Of a stretch of DNA of 64,000 nucleotides, positions 27,886 through 36,784 are shown piece by piece; the first letter of the stretch is position 1, and each line of letters starts with the position of its first letter. Under the pieces are notes generated by a model. That model saw only the letters and a list, made by a program, of their open reading frames with translations, did not search any database and was not told the DNA's origin. The stretch is from the NCBI GenBank assembly GCA_002328185.1, contig DCWQ01000029.1, forward strand, positions 69,951 to 133,950, read 5' to 3'. Position numbers and translations under genes: made by a program. This stretch comes from Dehalococcoidia bacterium UBA2158. GTDB taxonomy: Bacteria > Chloroflexota > Dehalococcoidia > Lucifugimonadales > UBA3495.

Positions 27886-30180
27886 TTACGGCCCCTTGGA
27901 TTCCAGAGCTTCCAATACCACGTCCGGAGTAAGGGGTAAACTGTTCATCTTTACGCCGATGGCATTGGAGACCGCGATGGACAGCGCCGACAGCGGAGGA
28001 ATGATCGGCGCCTCACCTACGCCCCTGACTCCAAACGGATGTCTGGGGTTGGGGACCTCGATCAACACCGTGTCAATCATCGGGACGTCGAGGGTCGTCG
28101 GCATGCGGTAGTCCAGGAAACTGGAGTTCAACATGGCGCCGTTCTCGTCGTAGACGTATCCCTCATTCAACGCCCAGCCGATACCCTGCACGGTGCCGCC
28201 CTGGATCTGGCCCTCAACGTAAGCGGGATGGATGGCGGTGCCCACGTCCAAGAAGGCCGTGTAGCGCAGCACATCCACCTTGCCGGTCTCGGGGTCGACT
28301 TCCACATCTACCAGGTTGCCGGCGATGATGGGGCCAATTCCGGGAGAGACCGTAGACATGGAACAGGATACGGGGCCGCCGGTACGCATCAGCTGTCCTG
28401 CAAGGTCTTTGAAGCTGATCTTGTCCTCGGTGCTGGCGCACATGAATTGACCGCCTTCAAAAGTGATTTGATCCTCATCCACTTCGAAGACGATAGCTGC
28501 CCGTTTAGTCATCAACCGCTTGATCTCCTCTGCGGCCTGGACCGCGGCATAGCCTGTGTCAAATGTCGTGCGGCTGCCTCCGGTATTCGCGGTGTAGCCA
28601 ACGCCGTCGGTATCGGCCACCGCAGGCGAGACATCGTCGGCACTGATACCCAGTACTTCGGCGGCCTGCATGGCGATGGACGTACGGGTACCACCGATGT
28701 CCACCGAGCCAGAGATCAGGTTGATGGTGCCGTTGTTGTTGACCGCGATGGTCACGGACGAAGCCTGACCGCCCTGCCAGCGGTAGCCCACGGACGCACC
28801 TCGGCCTTGGTTGGGGCCGACTAGTGGTGTCTGGTAGTGGGGATGGTCCCGCATGGCCTCTTCAAGCTCTTTGACCCCGAATACGGGATGGGGCACGCCG
28901 TTGGGCTGCCGGTCGCCCGCTTTGACGGCGTTCATCAGCCGGAATTCCATCGGGTCGATACCTAGTTTCTCGGCCAGTTCGTCGATGACCGGTTCCACAG
29001 AAAAAGAGCCCTGGGGCTGGCCAGGGGCCCGGTAGGCCTGGACCTTTTGGCGGTTGGTGACCACGTCATAGCCGTCGACCAACAGGTTCTCGATGTTGTA
29101 GGGTCCGGTGGCGCACAGTGTCGCGCCGCCCACGGGAGAACCGGGGAAGGCCCCGGCGTCGAAGGCGATGCATAGCTGAGCGGCCGTGACCTTCCCGGCT
29201 TTGGTGGCGCCGATTTTAGTCTTCATATGAGATGCCGAAGCCGGGCCGGTTCCCTCGAAGACGTCCTTCCGGCTCATGATTACCTTCACCGGACGGCCGC
29301 TCTTCTTGGACAGCATGGCGGCTACGGGCTCCAGGTAGGTAGTGGCCTTGGCGCCGAACCCGCCGCCGATCTCCGTGGGAATCACCCTGATGCGGGACTC
29401 GGGGATGTCCAAGATGGCGGCGCACGATGAACGGATGGCGAATGCGCCCTGAGTGCAGGTCCAGATGGTGAGACGCCCGTCTCCAGCCCAGGTGGCCGTG
29501 GATGCATGGGGCTCGATGTATCCTTGGTGAACCGTCTGGGTTGTGAACTCGCGCTCCACAATAACGTCGGCTTCGTTGAAACCTTTTTCGATGTCGCCAA
29601 GCTTGTGCTGGATGTGGCTGGCGATGTTGCCTTTCTCGCCGGTGTCTTCACCTCTGGCGAACCGCTCTATCTTGAAGTAGGTGGTCAGGTCGTCATAGAG
29701 AACTGGCGCGTCAGGTTTCATCGCCTCTTGGACACTGAGTACGGGCTTCAGGACCTCGTAATTGACCTCGATCAGGCCCAGAGCTTCCTCGGCTATGTGG
29801 GGACTGGTTGCTGAAACGGCGGCCACGGCGTGACCTTTGTAGCGAGCCCTATCGGCGGCCATGATGTGTTCCGCCAAAAGACGGGATCCGCCCTCGGCTA
29901 GGTCGATGGTCACGTTTCGAATGATGGGAAAGTCTTTCGATGTGATCACCGCGGTGACACCCGGCAGCGCCTCTGCCTTGCTGGTGTCGATTCCTTTGAT
30001 ATTGGCGTGGGCGTAGGGGCTGCGCAGAACCTTGCCGTGCAGCATGCCTGATAGCTGCGTGTCGGCGCCGAACTTGGCCGCGCCGATGACTTTGTCCACA
30101 CCGTCGTGGCGAATGGGCCGTGTGCCGACGACGTTATATTTCTGGGCTTCCGGGGACTGCTGGTCTTTGGCAGAAGTCAA
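27886..30180 (-). CDS. xanthine dehydrogenase / aldehyde oxidase family molybdopterin-binding subunit (CoxL-like)
   Basis: 764 aa: VGTRPIRHDGVDKVIGAAKFGAD...LHGKVLRSPYAHA..., GGGFG, and a C-terminal VRGVGE segment. No 2Fe-2S or FAD subunit genes lie nearby. Confidence 0.9.
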   Translation of the reverse strand: MTSAKDQQSPEAQKYNVVGTRPIRHDGVDKVIGAAKFGADTQLSGMLHGKVLRSPYAHANIKGIDTSKAEALPGVTAVITSKDFPIIRNVTIDLAEGGSRLLAEHIMAADRARYKGHAVAAVSATSPHIAEEALGLIEVNYEVLKPVLSVQEAMKPDAPVLYDDLTTYFKIERFARGEDTGEKGNIASHIQHKLGDIEKGFNEADVIVEREFTTQTVHQGYIEPHASTATWAGDGRLTIWTCTQGAFAIRSSCAAILDIPESRIRVIPTEIGGGFGAKATTYLEPVAAMLSKKSGRPVKVIMSRKDVFEGTGPASASHMKTKIGATKAGKVTAAQLCIAFDAGAFPGSPVGGATLCATGPYNIENLLVDGYDVVTNRQKVQAYRAPGQPQGSFSVEPVIDELAEKLGIDPMEFRLMNAVKAGDRQPNGVPHPVFGVKELEEAMRDHPHYQTPLVGPNQGRGASVGYRWQGGQASSVTIAVNNNGTINLISGSVDIGGTRTSIAMQAAEVLGISADDVSPAVADTDGVGYTANTGGSRTTFDTGYAAVQAAEEIKRLMTKRAAIVFEVDEDQITFEGGQFMCASTEDKISFKDLAGQLMRTGGPVSCSMSTVSPGIGPIIAGNLVDVEVDPETGKVDVLRYTAFLDVGTAIHPAYVEGQIQGGTVQGIGWALNEGYVYDENGAMLNSSFLDYRMPTTLDVPMIDTVLIEVPNPRHPFGVRGVGEAPIIPPLSALSIAVSNAIGVKMNSLPLTPDVVLEALESKGP

Positions 30181-30321
30181 TTTGAATCTCCCGATCTCGT
30201 ATTACTAGGTTGTCCGCGATGCCGTGGCTGGTTGGCTTTGCGTCCCACTATATCCCTGCGAACCTAGATGTCAATTGTCGGTAGTCGTGGGCGTGGTCAT
30301 CTTCACCATGAAGGGCCACCC

Positions 30322-31278
30322 TCACACCTGCGGCATGATCTCAGTTCCGCATAGTTCCAGTTGGCCGGCCTGGTCGGGCCCCCCGAAGCGGACCACGATG
30401 GTTTCCACACCGGCGGCCACAAAGCCTTTCAGCCAGGCCACGGTGTCTTGAACGTTTCCGGTGAATACGCTTTGCGTGCGAGACATGGTCTCGAAGGGCA
30501 TATTATAGTAGCCTTCGATGAATTCCCGCATTTCTTTGTCCGCCTGGGCTTTGTCCTCGTTGATGTTCAGGGTGGTGTATAGGGCCTTGTGCAGTCGGCC
30601 AGCGTCGTCGCCCGACTTTTTGGCCAGGGCTTCAATCTGCTGCCAACCTTCTGTGAACTTTTCAGGAGAAGTGGAGTTAGGGAACCAACCGTCGCCCATC
30701 TTGAGCATCCGGCACTGAGGTTTCTCGGCGCTGGCCGCCATCCACAGCGGAATGCCTCCCTTCTGCACGGACTTCAAGCCCAGGCTGATGCCATCCAACT
30801 TGAAGTGGCGGCCGTCGAACGTCACCTCGGACTCGGTCCAAAGTTTTCGCATCACGGTCACGCACTCTTCAAAAATGCTCACCCGGTGCCGGAAGGAGAC
30901 ACCGCAAGCGTTGAATTCTTTCTCCACCGCCGGCGTCTTGCTGGCGATGCCCACCCCAAGAATTACCCGGCCCTGGGACATGATGTCCAAGTTAGCGACT
31001 TCGTTGGCCAGGACCACCGGATTACGCAAAGCAGGCAGGAACACGGCCGTGCCCAGCTTGACCCGCTTGGTGCGCCCGGCGATGGCTGCCAGGGTACCTA
31101 GGGCCTCCAACCGAGGCCGGGCCAGTACACTGTCGCCGCACCAGACCGAGTCGAACCCAGACCCCTCGGCTGTTTCCGCCAGGTGGAACATCGACGCAAA
31201 GTCGGGGTCTCCGGGGGCCATGACCACCTCCCGGGTGGGGAGTAGGTAGCCGAAAGAAGTCTGTCCATTCGCCATCAT
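30322..31278 (-). CDS. LLM-class (F420-dependent type) oxidoreductase
   Basis: Track ORF 30322..31497. Start preferred at the ATGATG at 31278 (GAGG 5 nt upstream), giving a typical 318-aa protein: MMANGQTSFGYLLPTRE...GFDSVWCGDS...RVKLGTAV. Confidence 0.8.
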   Translation of the reverse strand: MMANGQTSFGYLLPTREVVMAPGDPDFASMFHLAETAEGSGFDSVWCGDSVLARPRLEALGTLAAIAGRTKRVKLGTAVFLPALRNPVVLANEVANLDIMSQGRVILGVGIASKTPAVEKEFNACGVSFRHRVSIFEECVTVMRKLWTESEVTFDGRHFKLDGISLGLKSVQKGGIPLWMAASAEKPQCRMLKMGDGWFPNSTSPEKFTEGWQQIEALAKKSGDDAGRLHKALYTTLNINEDKAQADKEMREFIEGYYNMPFETMSRTQSVFTGNVQDTVAWLKGFVAAGVETIVVRFGGPDQAGQLELCGTEIMPQV

Positions 31279-31912
31279 TGGGCCTCGCTTATCGGTGTGA
31301 TGAGTAACGCGATAAGGGTGTTCCAACGAACTCATAGTCGGGACACTCCTGTTAGGCCTTAGATTATAGCTTGCCGGTAAAGATGGCGCGGCAAACACTT
31401 CGTTCTTGCGGCGCACTCCCATCCGGTAAGCGTCGATGGACAGCAAAGCTAGAACTACCACCAGACCCACGCTGCCCAGGAGAATGTAGACTGCCAAATC
31501 ACGGCTCAGGTTCGAAGATTCTTCTTCCCGGCAAAGTACGTCCGAGCAGGCGTTTGGCTCGTCGGAGTCCGTTCCCGGGGAACGGTGTCTCCGGTGCGGC
31601 CTTCCCGGGGCTATTTGAATACGAGATCGCCCTGGTCCTCCACACCGGCGACAAGTAGATCGGAGTCCCCGGAGAATACGCGGACGGCCATTGTTGTCCG
31701 TTGGCGTCCGGCCTGAACGGATGTGAATACCTGATCAATGTCGCCGTCACACCAACAGTCCAATTACAATCTGTGATGACCAAGTTCAGGCCGCCTGACG
31801 TGAGGATAGGCTACTAGATCAGCCTCGAACCGGCACGCTAAAGAACCGATGCTCCAAAGGTAGTAAACTGACAAACCCTTGGTATGTATTTCAGAGTCGC
31901 GGAGGGCCAATA

Positions 31913-32266
31913 ATGCCTAAAGAAGAGCGAGAATTTTTCCACCATGATTCAATACCCTGGACGCCCGTGGCCGACGGCTCAGGCGCCGTGGGCGATGGGA
32001 TGACGGAGAAGATACTGAATTTCGACCCTGAAGCCGGGGTATCAACCAGGATGCTTCGGTGGGCGGCGGGTGCGGAAACCTTCGACGTGATCACCCATGA
32101 TTTCTGGGAAGAGGTCTATGTGATCGAGGGTGAGTTTAACGACAAGACGATCAACCAGACCTTCAGCAGTGGAATGTCTGCCTGCCGGCCGCCGGGCATG
32201 CCTCATGGGCCTTACTCGTCCGCCAACGGCGCCACGACATTCGAGGTGCGGTACTACCGTAAATAG
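31913..32266 (+). CDS. cupin domain protein (ChrR-like cupin)
   Basis: 117 aa; GGAGGG upstream; ...DFWEEVYVIEGEF...PPGMPHGP. Confidence 0.65.
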   Translation: MPKEEREFFHHDSIPWTPVADGSGAVGDGMTEKILNFDPEAGVSTRMLRWAAGAETFDVITHDFWEEVYVIEGEFNDKTINQTFSSGMSACRPPGMPHGPYSSANGATTFEVRYYRK

Positions 32267-32294
32267 CCGGGCAGCTTACTGAGTAATCGGGGAT

Positions 32295-32671
32295 TCAGCC
32301 ACATCCCCCGGGCAGCTTCATGGTCAAAATCGAACCTTTACCCGGTTCGCTTGCCACCAGCAATGTGCCGCCCATCATCCCGCAGAAGTGGCGGGTGATG
32401 CCAAGTCCGCCGAAACGGCGTTTGGTAGGGGTTTCAGCTTGGGTGAATGCCTCAAAGAGCCGGTCCATCTGTTTATCGGTCATGCCGACGCCCGAGTCGC
32501 CACGGCGAAGTTGATCCACTTTTGGCCTTCCGATTCATCCCGAGTGACTTTCCGTTTGATGGTCCTTTGTCCTGATGACGCTTCTGTTCTTGCTCCTAAA
32601 ATCAGGGACTCTCCCTCAAACACCCGGATCCAGGCTCCGATTGCGCCGACCAGCCGAGCTGCCTCGTCCAC
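32295..32671 (-). pseudogene. histidine kinase C-terminal (HATPase_c) remnant, frameshifted
   Basis: 32295..32519 encodes ..DSGVGMTDKQMDRLFEAFTQ...GGLGITRHFCGMMGGTLLVASEPGKGSILTMKLP (G1/G2 boxes). The preceding segment (32480..32671: ...RKVTRDESEGQKWINFAV) is in another frame. No intact HisKA, sensor domain or start codon was found. Confidence 0.6.
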
Positions 32672-32932
32672 GATCAGTTGCGTACTTAATCTGTGTTGTG
32701 GGCGGGAGCTACTTTACCGGAGAAGTATTGGAGCGCCAACGAGCGGTCACGTTCCTGTTCCAGCTATTCCAGTAGCTACTTCTTGGTTTTACGCTGGTCA
32801 TTCATGCTGTATCCGATACGAAGTTGCCGGAATTGAGGCACGAGTCAATAGGGAAAATGCGGCAGTCACAATTCCGCGACGTTGTAACAAAAAAAGCCCG
32901 GCCATTTTGATCGGGTCCCAAAATTGTTCGGT

Positions 32933-34372
32933 TTAAAAAGTTTTGGCCAGTTTAGCCCGTTCTTCGCGCCGGTCGCGCATCATGATTGGCACGATCGACC
33001 GGGCAAACCGGCCTACCAAGCCTTCCTGGAAATCCTCAACCGATACTTTGAACAGCTCTCTACTTAATCCCGAACTGCGCACAACTTCTTCAGCCACCTG
33101 CGCAGTGGTGCCTGGATTGAGGACCAGCCGGGTATCGATCTCATCGTCTTCCAGTCCATTGGCTATCAGAACCAGCATGTCTGCACTGACGAGCTTTTCG
33201 CGCACTTGGTAGAAGACGTCGCCGGCCATGGTTTCCAAGAAGAACCACTCTTCCAGGGTATCGGAGTCGGGTAGCATCGCCCCGGGTTTTGCGGTGACTG
33301 CTTCGAAATAAAAGGCTTTGATATCGGCGGTGAGGAAACGCAGCAACCGAGGCATCGGATGGGCGAAAATATCCGGGACCGTTATGTCAGCGCCCGCCGA
33401 GAAGTCCACCAATACTTGAAGCATATCGTCGATAGAATCAGGTCCCTTGCCGCTGATACCCACAGTGGTGCGGCCTCTAGAGCGCCGGCCTTCATCGAAC
33501 CATGGCCGCAGCAATTGAACTTCTGTACGCAATTGGACTTTTAACGAATCGGATTCGGTGATTGGTTCCAGAGAGGGGAAAATCACCGGGCAGGACCAGC
33601 CCTCTTCGCCAAGCGCCTCGTCTTCGATGATGTCTGGGTAGTCGAGCAAGGCGGGAGCGGCCCCTTGGTCCACCAGCGCCAAGGTCTGGCGCAACACGTC
33701 TATCTGGACGTCCGGGCGATTGGGCGGACCAAGGGGCCGGCCCAATGGGAATGGGACCCACAACGCCCTGGGTGGCTTTACTGCTTCTGAGACCGGTCTG
33801 ATCAGGCTTATCTGGACCGTCGCGATACCGGCGCCTCTTTCACTGACGGGCCGTTCGATGTATTGAGATAGTACGCCCACGGCGTAGGTGCAGTTGGGTC
33901 AAACAGGTATCAGCAGCACCAGGTTGACCTTGTCTCCAAAAAGAAATCTTGAGACCTCTGTTGCGGCCGGCTCCATACGCTGCGGCGCGGTTGATCCCAT
34001 GAACGAATAATGCCAGTCCGCGACAGACTCTATCTCCTTTGAATCGACCAAAGTCCTCAAGTGGTCGAGGGGAAAACAGACGTTCACGTCTTGCTGGTAG
34101 GCGCTACGGTCGAAGTTGGTGCTGGAGTGAGTCATCGCTAGGTCTTTGTAGTCGACGTCGCCGGGTATGACCCGGTAATCGCCTTCGTGACCGGTGAACG
34201 GCCGGTCATCGGCCCGGTGGATGGCAGCAGTGGTAATGATGGCAACCCTGGCATCGGTCAACTTGGGGGCTTCGACCCAAGGAGTTTGCTCCAAAGGCGG
34301 AACGTATCTTCCGCCTAACCGCTCCAATAGGCTCGCTTGTTCATTTGGATGAATATCTGCCCAACGGACCAT
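32933..34372 (-). CDS. GrdB/PrdB-like (glycine/sarcosine/betaine/D-proline reductase component B family) protein; candidate selenoprotein with Sec at codon 158
   Basis: Track ORFs 33899..34372 and 32933..33880 share one frame and are separated only by TGA (33899..33901) plus 6 sense codons: ...KVNLVLLIPV-TGA-PNCTYAVGVLSQYIERPVSERGAGIATVQISLIRPVSEAVKPPRALWVPFPLGRPLGPP. The N-terminal part reads RVAIITTAAIH...GDYRVIP...VCFPLDHLR. A hairpin lies 12 nt after the TGA. Confidence 0.7.
33872..33886 (-). promoter_or_regulatory. candidate bacterial SECIS core hairpin
   Basis: The mRNA reads UGA-CCCAACUGCACC-UACGCC-GUG-GGCGUA, a 6-bp GC-rich stem with a G/U-containing apical loop starting 12 nt after the UGA. 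Confidence 0.4.
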
Positions 34373-34399
34373 GATTAATATCTCTCGCCTGATTTTCGA

Positions 34400-34831
34400 T
34401 TAATGATCATGCTGAGCAAGCTCGATCAGGACTCCCCGGGCCGCTGAAGGGCTCAGAAACCCGATATCGCCGCCCATCAACCCTTTCCTCGGCACGCGGT
34501 CACGTAGGTCAATGCCGAGAGAATCAAGAGTCTTCAACTTCTCTTCGATCCCCTCTATTTCGAAGCAAACGTGGTGGAGTCCTTCACCTTTTTCCTCGAC
34601 GTGCATAGATATCGAGCTGCCTGGCCCGGACCCTTGAAGAAGCTCCAAGTTGGTGTTGCCTATCGGAACGAAGCACCCGCGAACTCCGATATCTTCTCGG
34701 ACGATTATCGGGCCCGGTATCAGCCCAAAGATACTCCGGTAGAAATCCATACTCGAGCCCAGATCGGCCACTGCGATACCGATATGGTGTACGACGTCAG
34801 TAGGAGCTGGTGGTTTTCCTGGAATAGTCAT
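34400..34831 (-). CDS. VOC family protein (methylmalonyl-CoA epimerase-like)
   Basis: 143 aa: VHHIGIAVADLGSSMDFYRSIFGL...GEGLHHVCFEIEGI...GVLIEL. Confidence 0.75.
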   Translation of the reverse strand: MTIPGKPPAPTDVVHHIGIAVADLGSSMDFYRSIFGLIPGPIIVREDIGVRGCFVPIGNTNLELLQGSGPGSSISMHVEEKGEGLHHVCFEIEGIEEKLKTLDSLGIDLRDRVPRKGLMGGDIGFLSPSAARGVLIELAQHDH

Positions 34832-34867
34832 TCTGAAACCTCTCGTCTAAGGGGCTATTTTTGTAGC

Positions 34868-35742
34868 TCAGAGACGGGCCTTGGCCTTCGGTAGTTCGCC
34901 CCGGAACTCTTGGAATAAACAGTTAACGTTGATGATGATCCTCTCCGGCTCCACCCAGTCGGCGAATTCGCCCAGGCGTATGGCTCGGCTAGTTTCCTCA
35001 ACGCTTGAGCCCCGGTTGAAGTGGAGCTGTGACGCTCGCCTGATCAAGCGGAGATATCTCAAGGTTTTGCTAAACACTTCCTTATCGTCACAGGTCCGTG
35101 CCCCGGCATCAAAGTGGTCACGTCCAGGTGTTTGAAGATACCGTCCGCGACCTTGATCCAATTACTGACATGACCGTCTCGCGCCAACGGAGTTAAGTAG
35201 TGGAAAGCGACGTCGCCTGAGAACAACACCTTATCCTGGGGCAAGTAAACCATGGTGTCTCCATAAGTATGGGCCGGACCCGGATGGAGCAATTCGACCA
35301 CCCGGCCGCCTAGGTGGACGTTCATTTTGTCCTGGTAGGTGATGGTTGCGGGATTCAGCTGGGTCTTGGCCCAGTCCTCTCGGTATTGGGGAAATTGTTC
35401 ATTCAGCATATTCACGTCGGCGCCCCGTGCCAGCATGGCTTCACGGCATCCCTGGTGGGAAACCACTTCCGCGGGCAGATAGAACTGGTTGCCGAATGAG
35501 TGGTCAACATGATGGTGAGTGTTGACTACGTATCTGATCGGTTTGTCGGTGACCTTGCGAATCTCTTCCAAGTACGGATCGACCATGCTGGCGACCATCA
35601 TGGCGTCGATCACCATCACACCGTCGTCTCCGACTATGAACCCGGAATTGCATATATCCCATCCGACGCCGCTATGAACGTAGGCGAAGACATTCTCCGC
35701 AATTTCCTGCAATCCAGACTTCCAAGATGGTATCGGCATCAA
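34868..35742 (-). pseudogene. MBL-fold metallo-hydrolase, split by a frameshift near 35085..35100
   Basis: 35059..35742 encodes the MBL core (VVNTHHHVDHSFGN ... MPGHGPV). The expected C-terminal helical part (..DDKEVFSKTLRYLRLIRR...GEFADWVEPERIIINV) continues in another frame as ORF 34868..35161. This could be either a sequencing error or a genuine pseudogene. Confidence 0.65.
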
Positions 35743-35798
35743 GCACCTCCGATATGACTCACCAATGTTTGCGGAGCAACGGGCAAGGTTTCAACAAG

Positions 35799-36668
35799 CT
35801 ATAGCGCTGTCAGCCCGTCGTAGGTTTCCGGACGCCGGTCACGGAAGAACTGCCACGTGGACCGAACTTCGCTGATCTCTTCCAGTTCCAGGTCCGCCAC
35901 GATCACTTCGTCTTGGTCACGGCTGCCCTGAACGAGTATCTGGCCCTTCGGGTTGCAGAAATAGCTCTTCCCGAAGAACTCCCCAATGTCCCAAGGTTGT
36001 TCGTGTCCGACCCGGTTGATAGCGCCTACAAAATACCCATTGGCAACGGCGTGGGCCGGTTGCTCCAATTCCCAGAGATATTCGGATAATCCCGCGACGG
36101 TCGCGGACGGATTGAAAACGATCTCAGCACCGTTGAGGCCCAAGGCCCTGGCGCCTTCAGGAAAGTGGCGGTCGTAACAGATGTACACCCCTATGGTTCC
36201 GACACTGGTAGCAAATACCGGATATCCGCTGTTGCCGGGCTTGAAGTAAAATTTCTCCCAGAACCCAGGGGCGAGGTGAGGAATGTGGGTCTTGCGGTAC
36301 TTGCCCAAGTAGGAGCCGTCAGCATTCAGCACGGCTGCAGTGTTATAGAAAACGCCAGTCATCGCTTCTTCGTAGACCGGGACGATCAGCGCCATGTTGT
36401 GCAATTTCGCCAGGCCCTGCATCAGGCGGACCGTCGGGCCGTCGGGCACGCGTTCCACCATCGAGTACCAACGAGGGTCTTGTTCAGCACAGAAATATGG
36501 ACCGTAAAATAGTTCTTGCAAACAGAGAACTTGTACGCCCTCGGCGGCAGCCTGCTCGATCAGCGAGACATGTTTGTCGATCATGAATTGTTTCAGTTGG
36601 TCGATCGCATGTGGCGCATCGGCGCCGACACTGGCTTGAATCAACCCTGCTCGGACAATTTTTGGCAT
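35799..36668 (-). CDS. carbon-nitrogen hydrolase (nitrilase superfamily; beta-ureidopropionase / N-carbamoyl-amide hydrolase-like)
   Basis: 289 aa: RAGLIQAS..., LCLQELF (Glu), YRKTHIP (Lys), ICYDRHFPE (Cys). Confidence 0.85.
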   Translation of the reverse strand: MPKIVRAGLIQASVGADAPHAIDQLKQFMIDKHVSLIEQAAAEGVQVLCLQELFYGPYFCAEQDPRWYSMVERVPDGPTVRLMQGLAKLHNMALIVPVYEEAMTGVFYNTAAVLNADGSYLGKYRKTHIPHLAPGFWEKFYFKPGNSGYPVFATSVGTIGVYICYDRHFPEGARALGLNGAEIVFNPSATVAGLSEYLWELEQPAHAVANGYFVGAINRVGHEQPWDIGEFFGKSYFCNPKGQILVQGSRDQDEVIVADLELEEISEVRSTWQFFRDRRPETYDGLTAL

Positions 36669-36784
36669 GCTACCTCTGTGCGAGTTAGGTTACTAGGCCG
36701 TGTTTATGGGCCAGACTGTGCGGATTTCTGGCCCATATAACAATACCGTATGCCAAATACCGAAGTGGCCTAGGTTGAATCCGT

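Noticed and set aside
31279-31497. A 73-codon N-terminal extension of the LLM gene, including a hydrophobic segment (possible membrane anchor).
   Set aside because: The internal ATGATG at 31278 has a GAGG SD and yields a canonical-length LLM protein. The extension has no SD. It is kept only as an alternative start.
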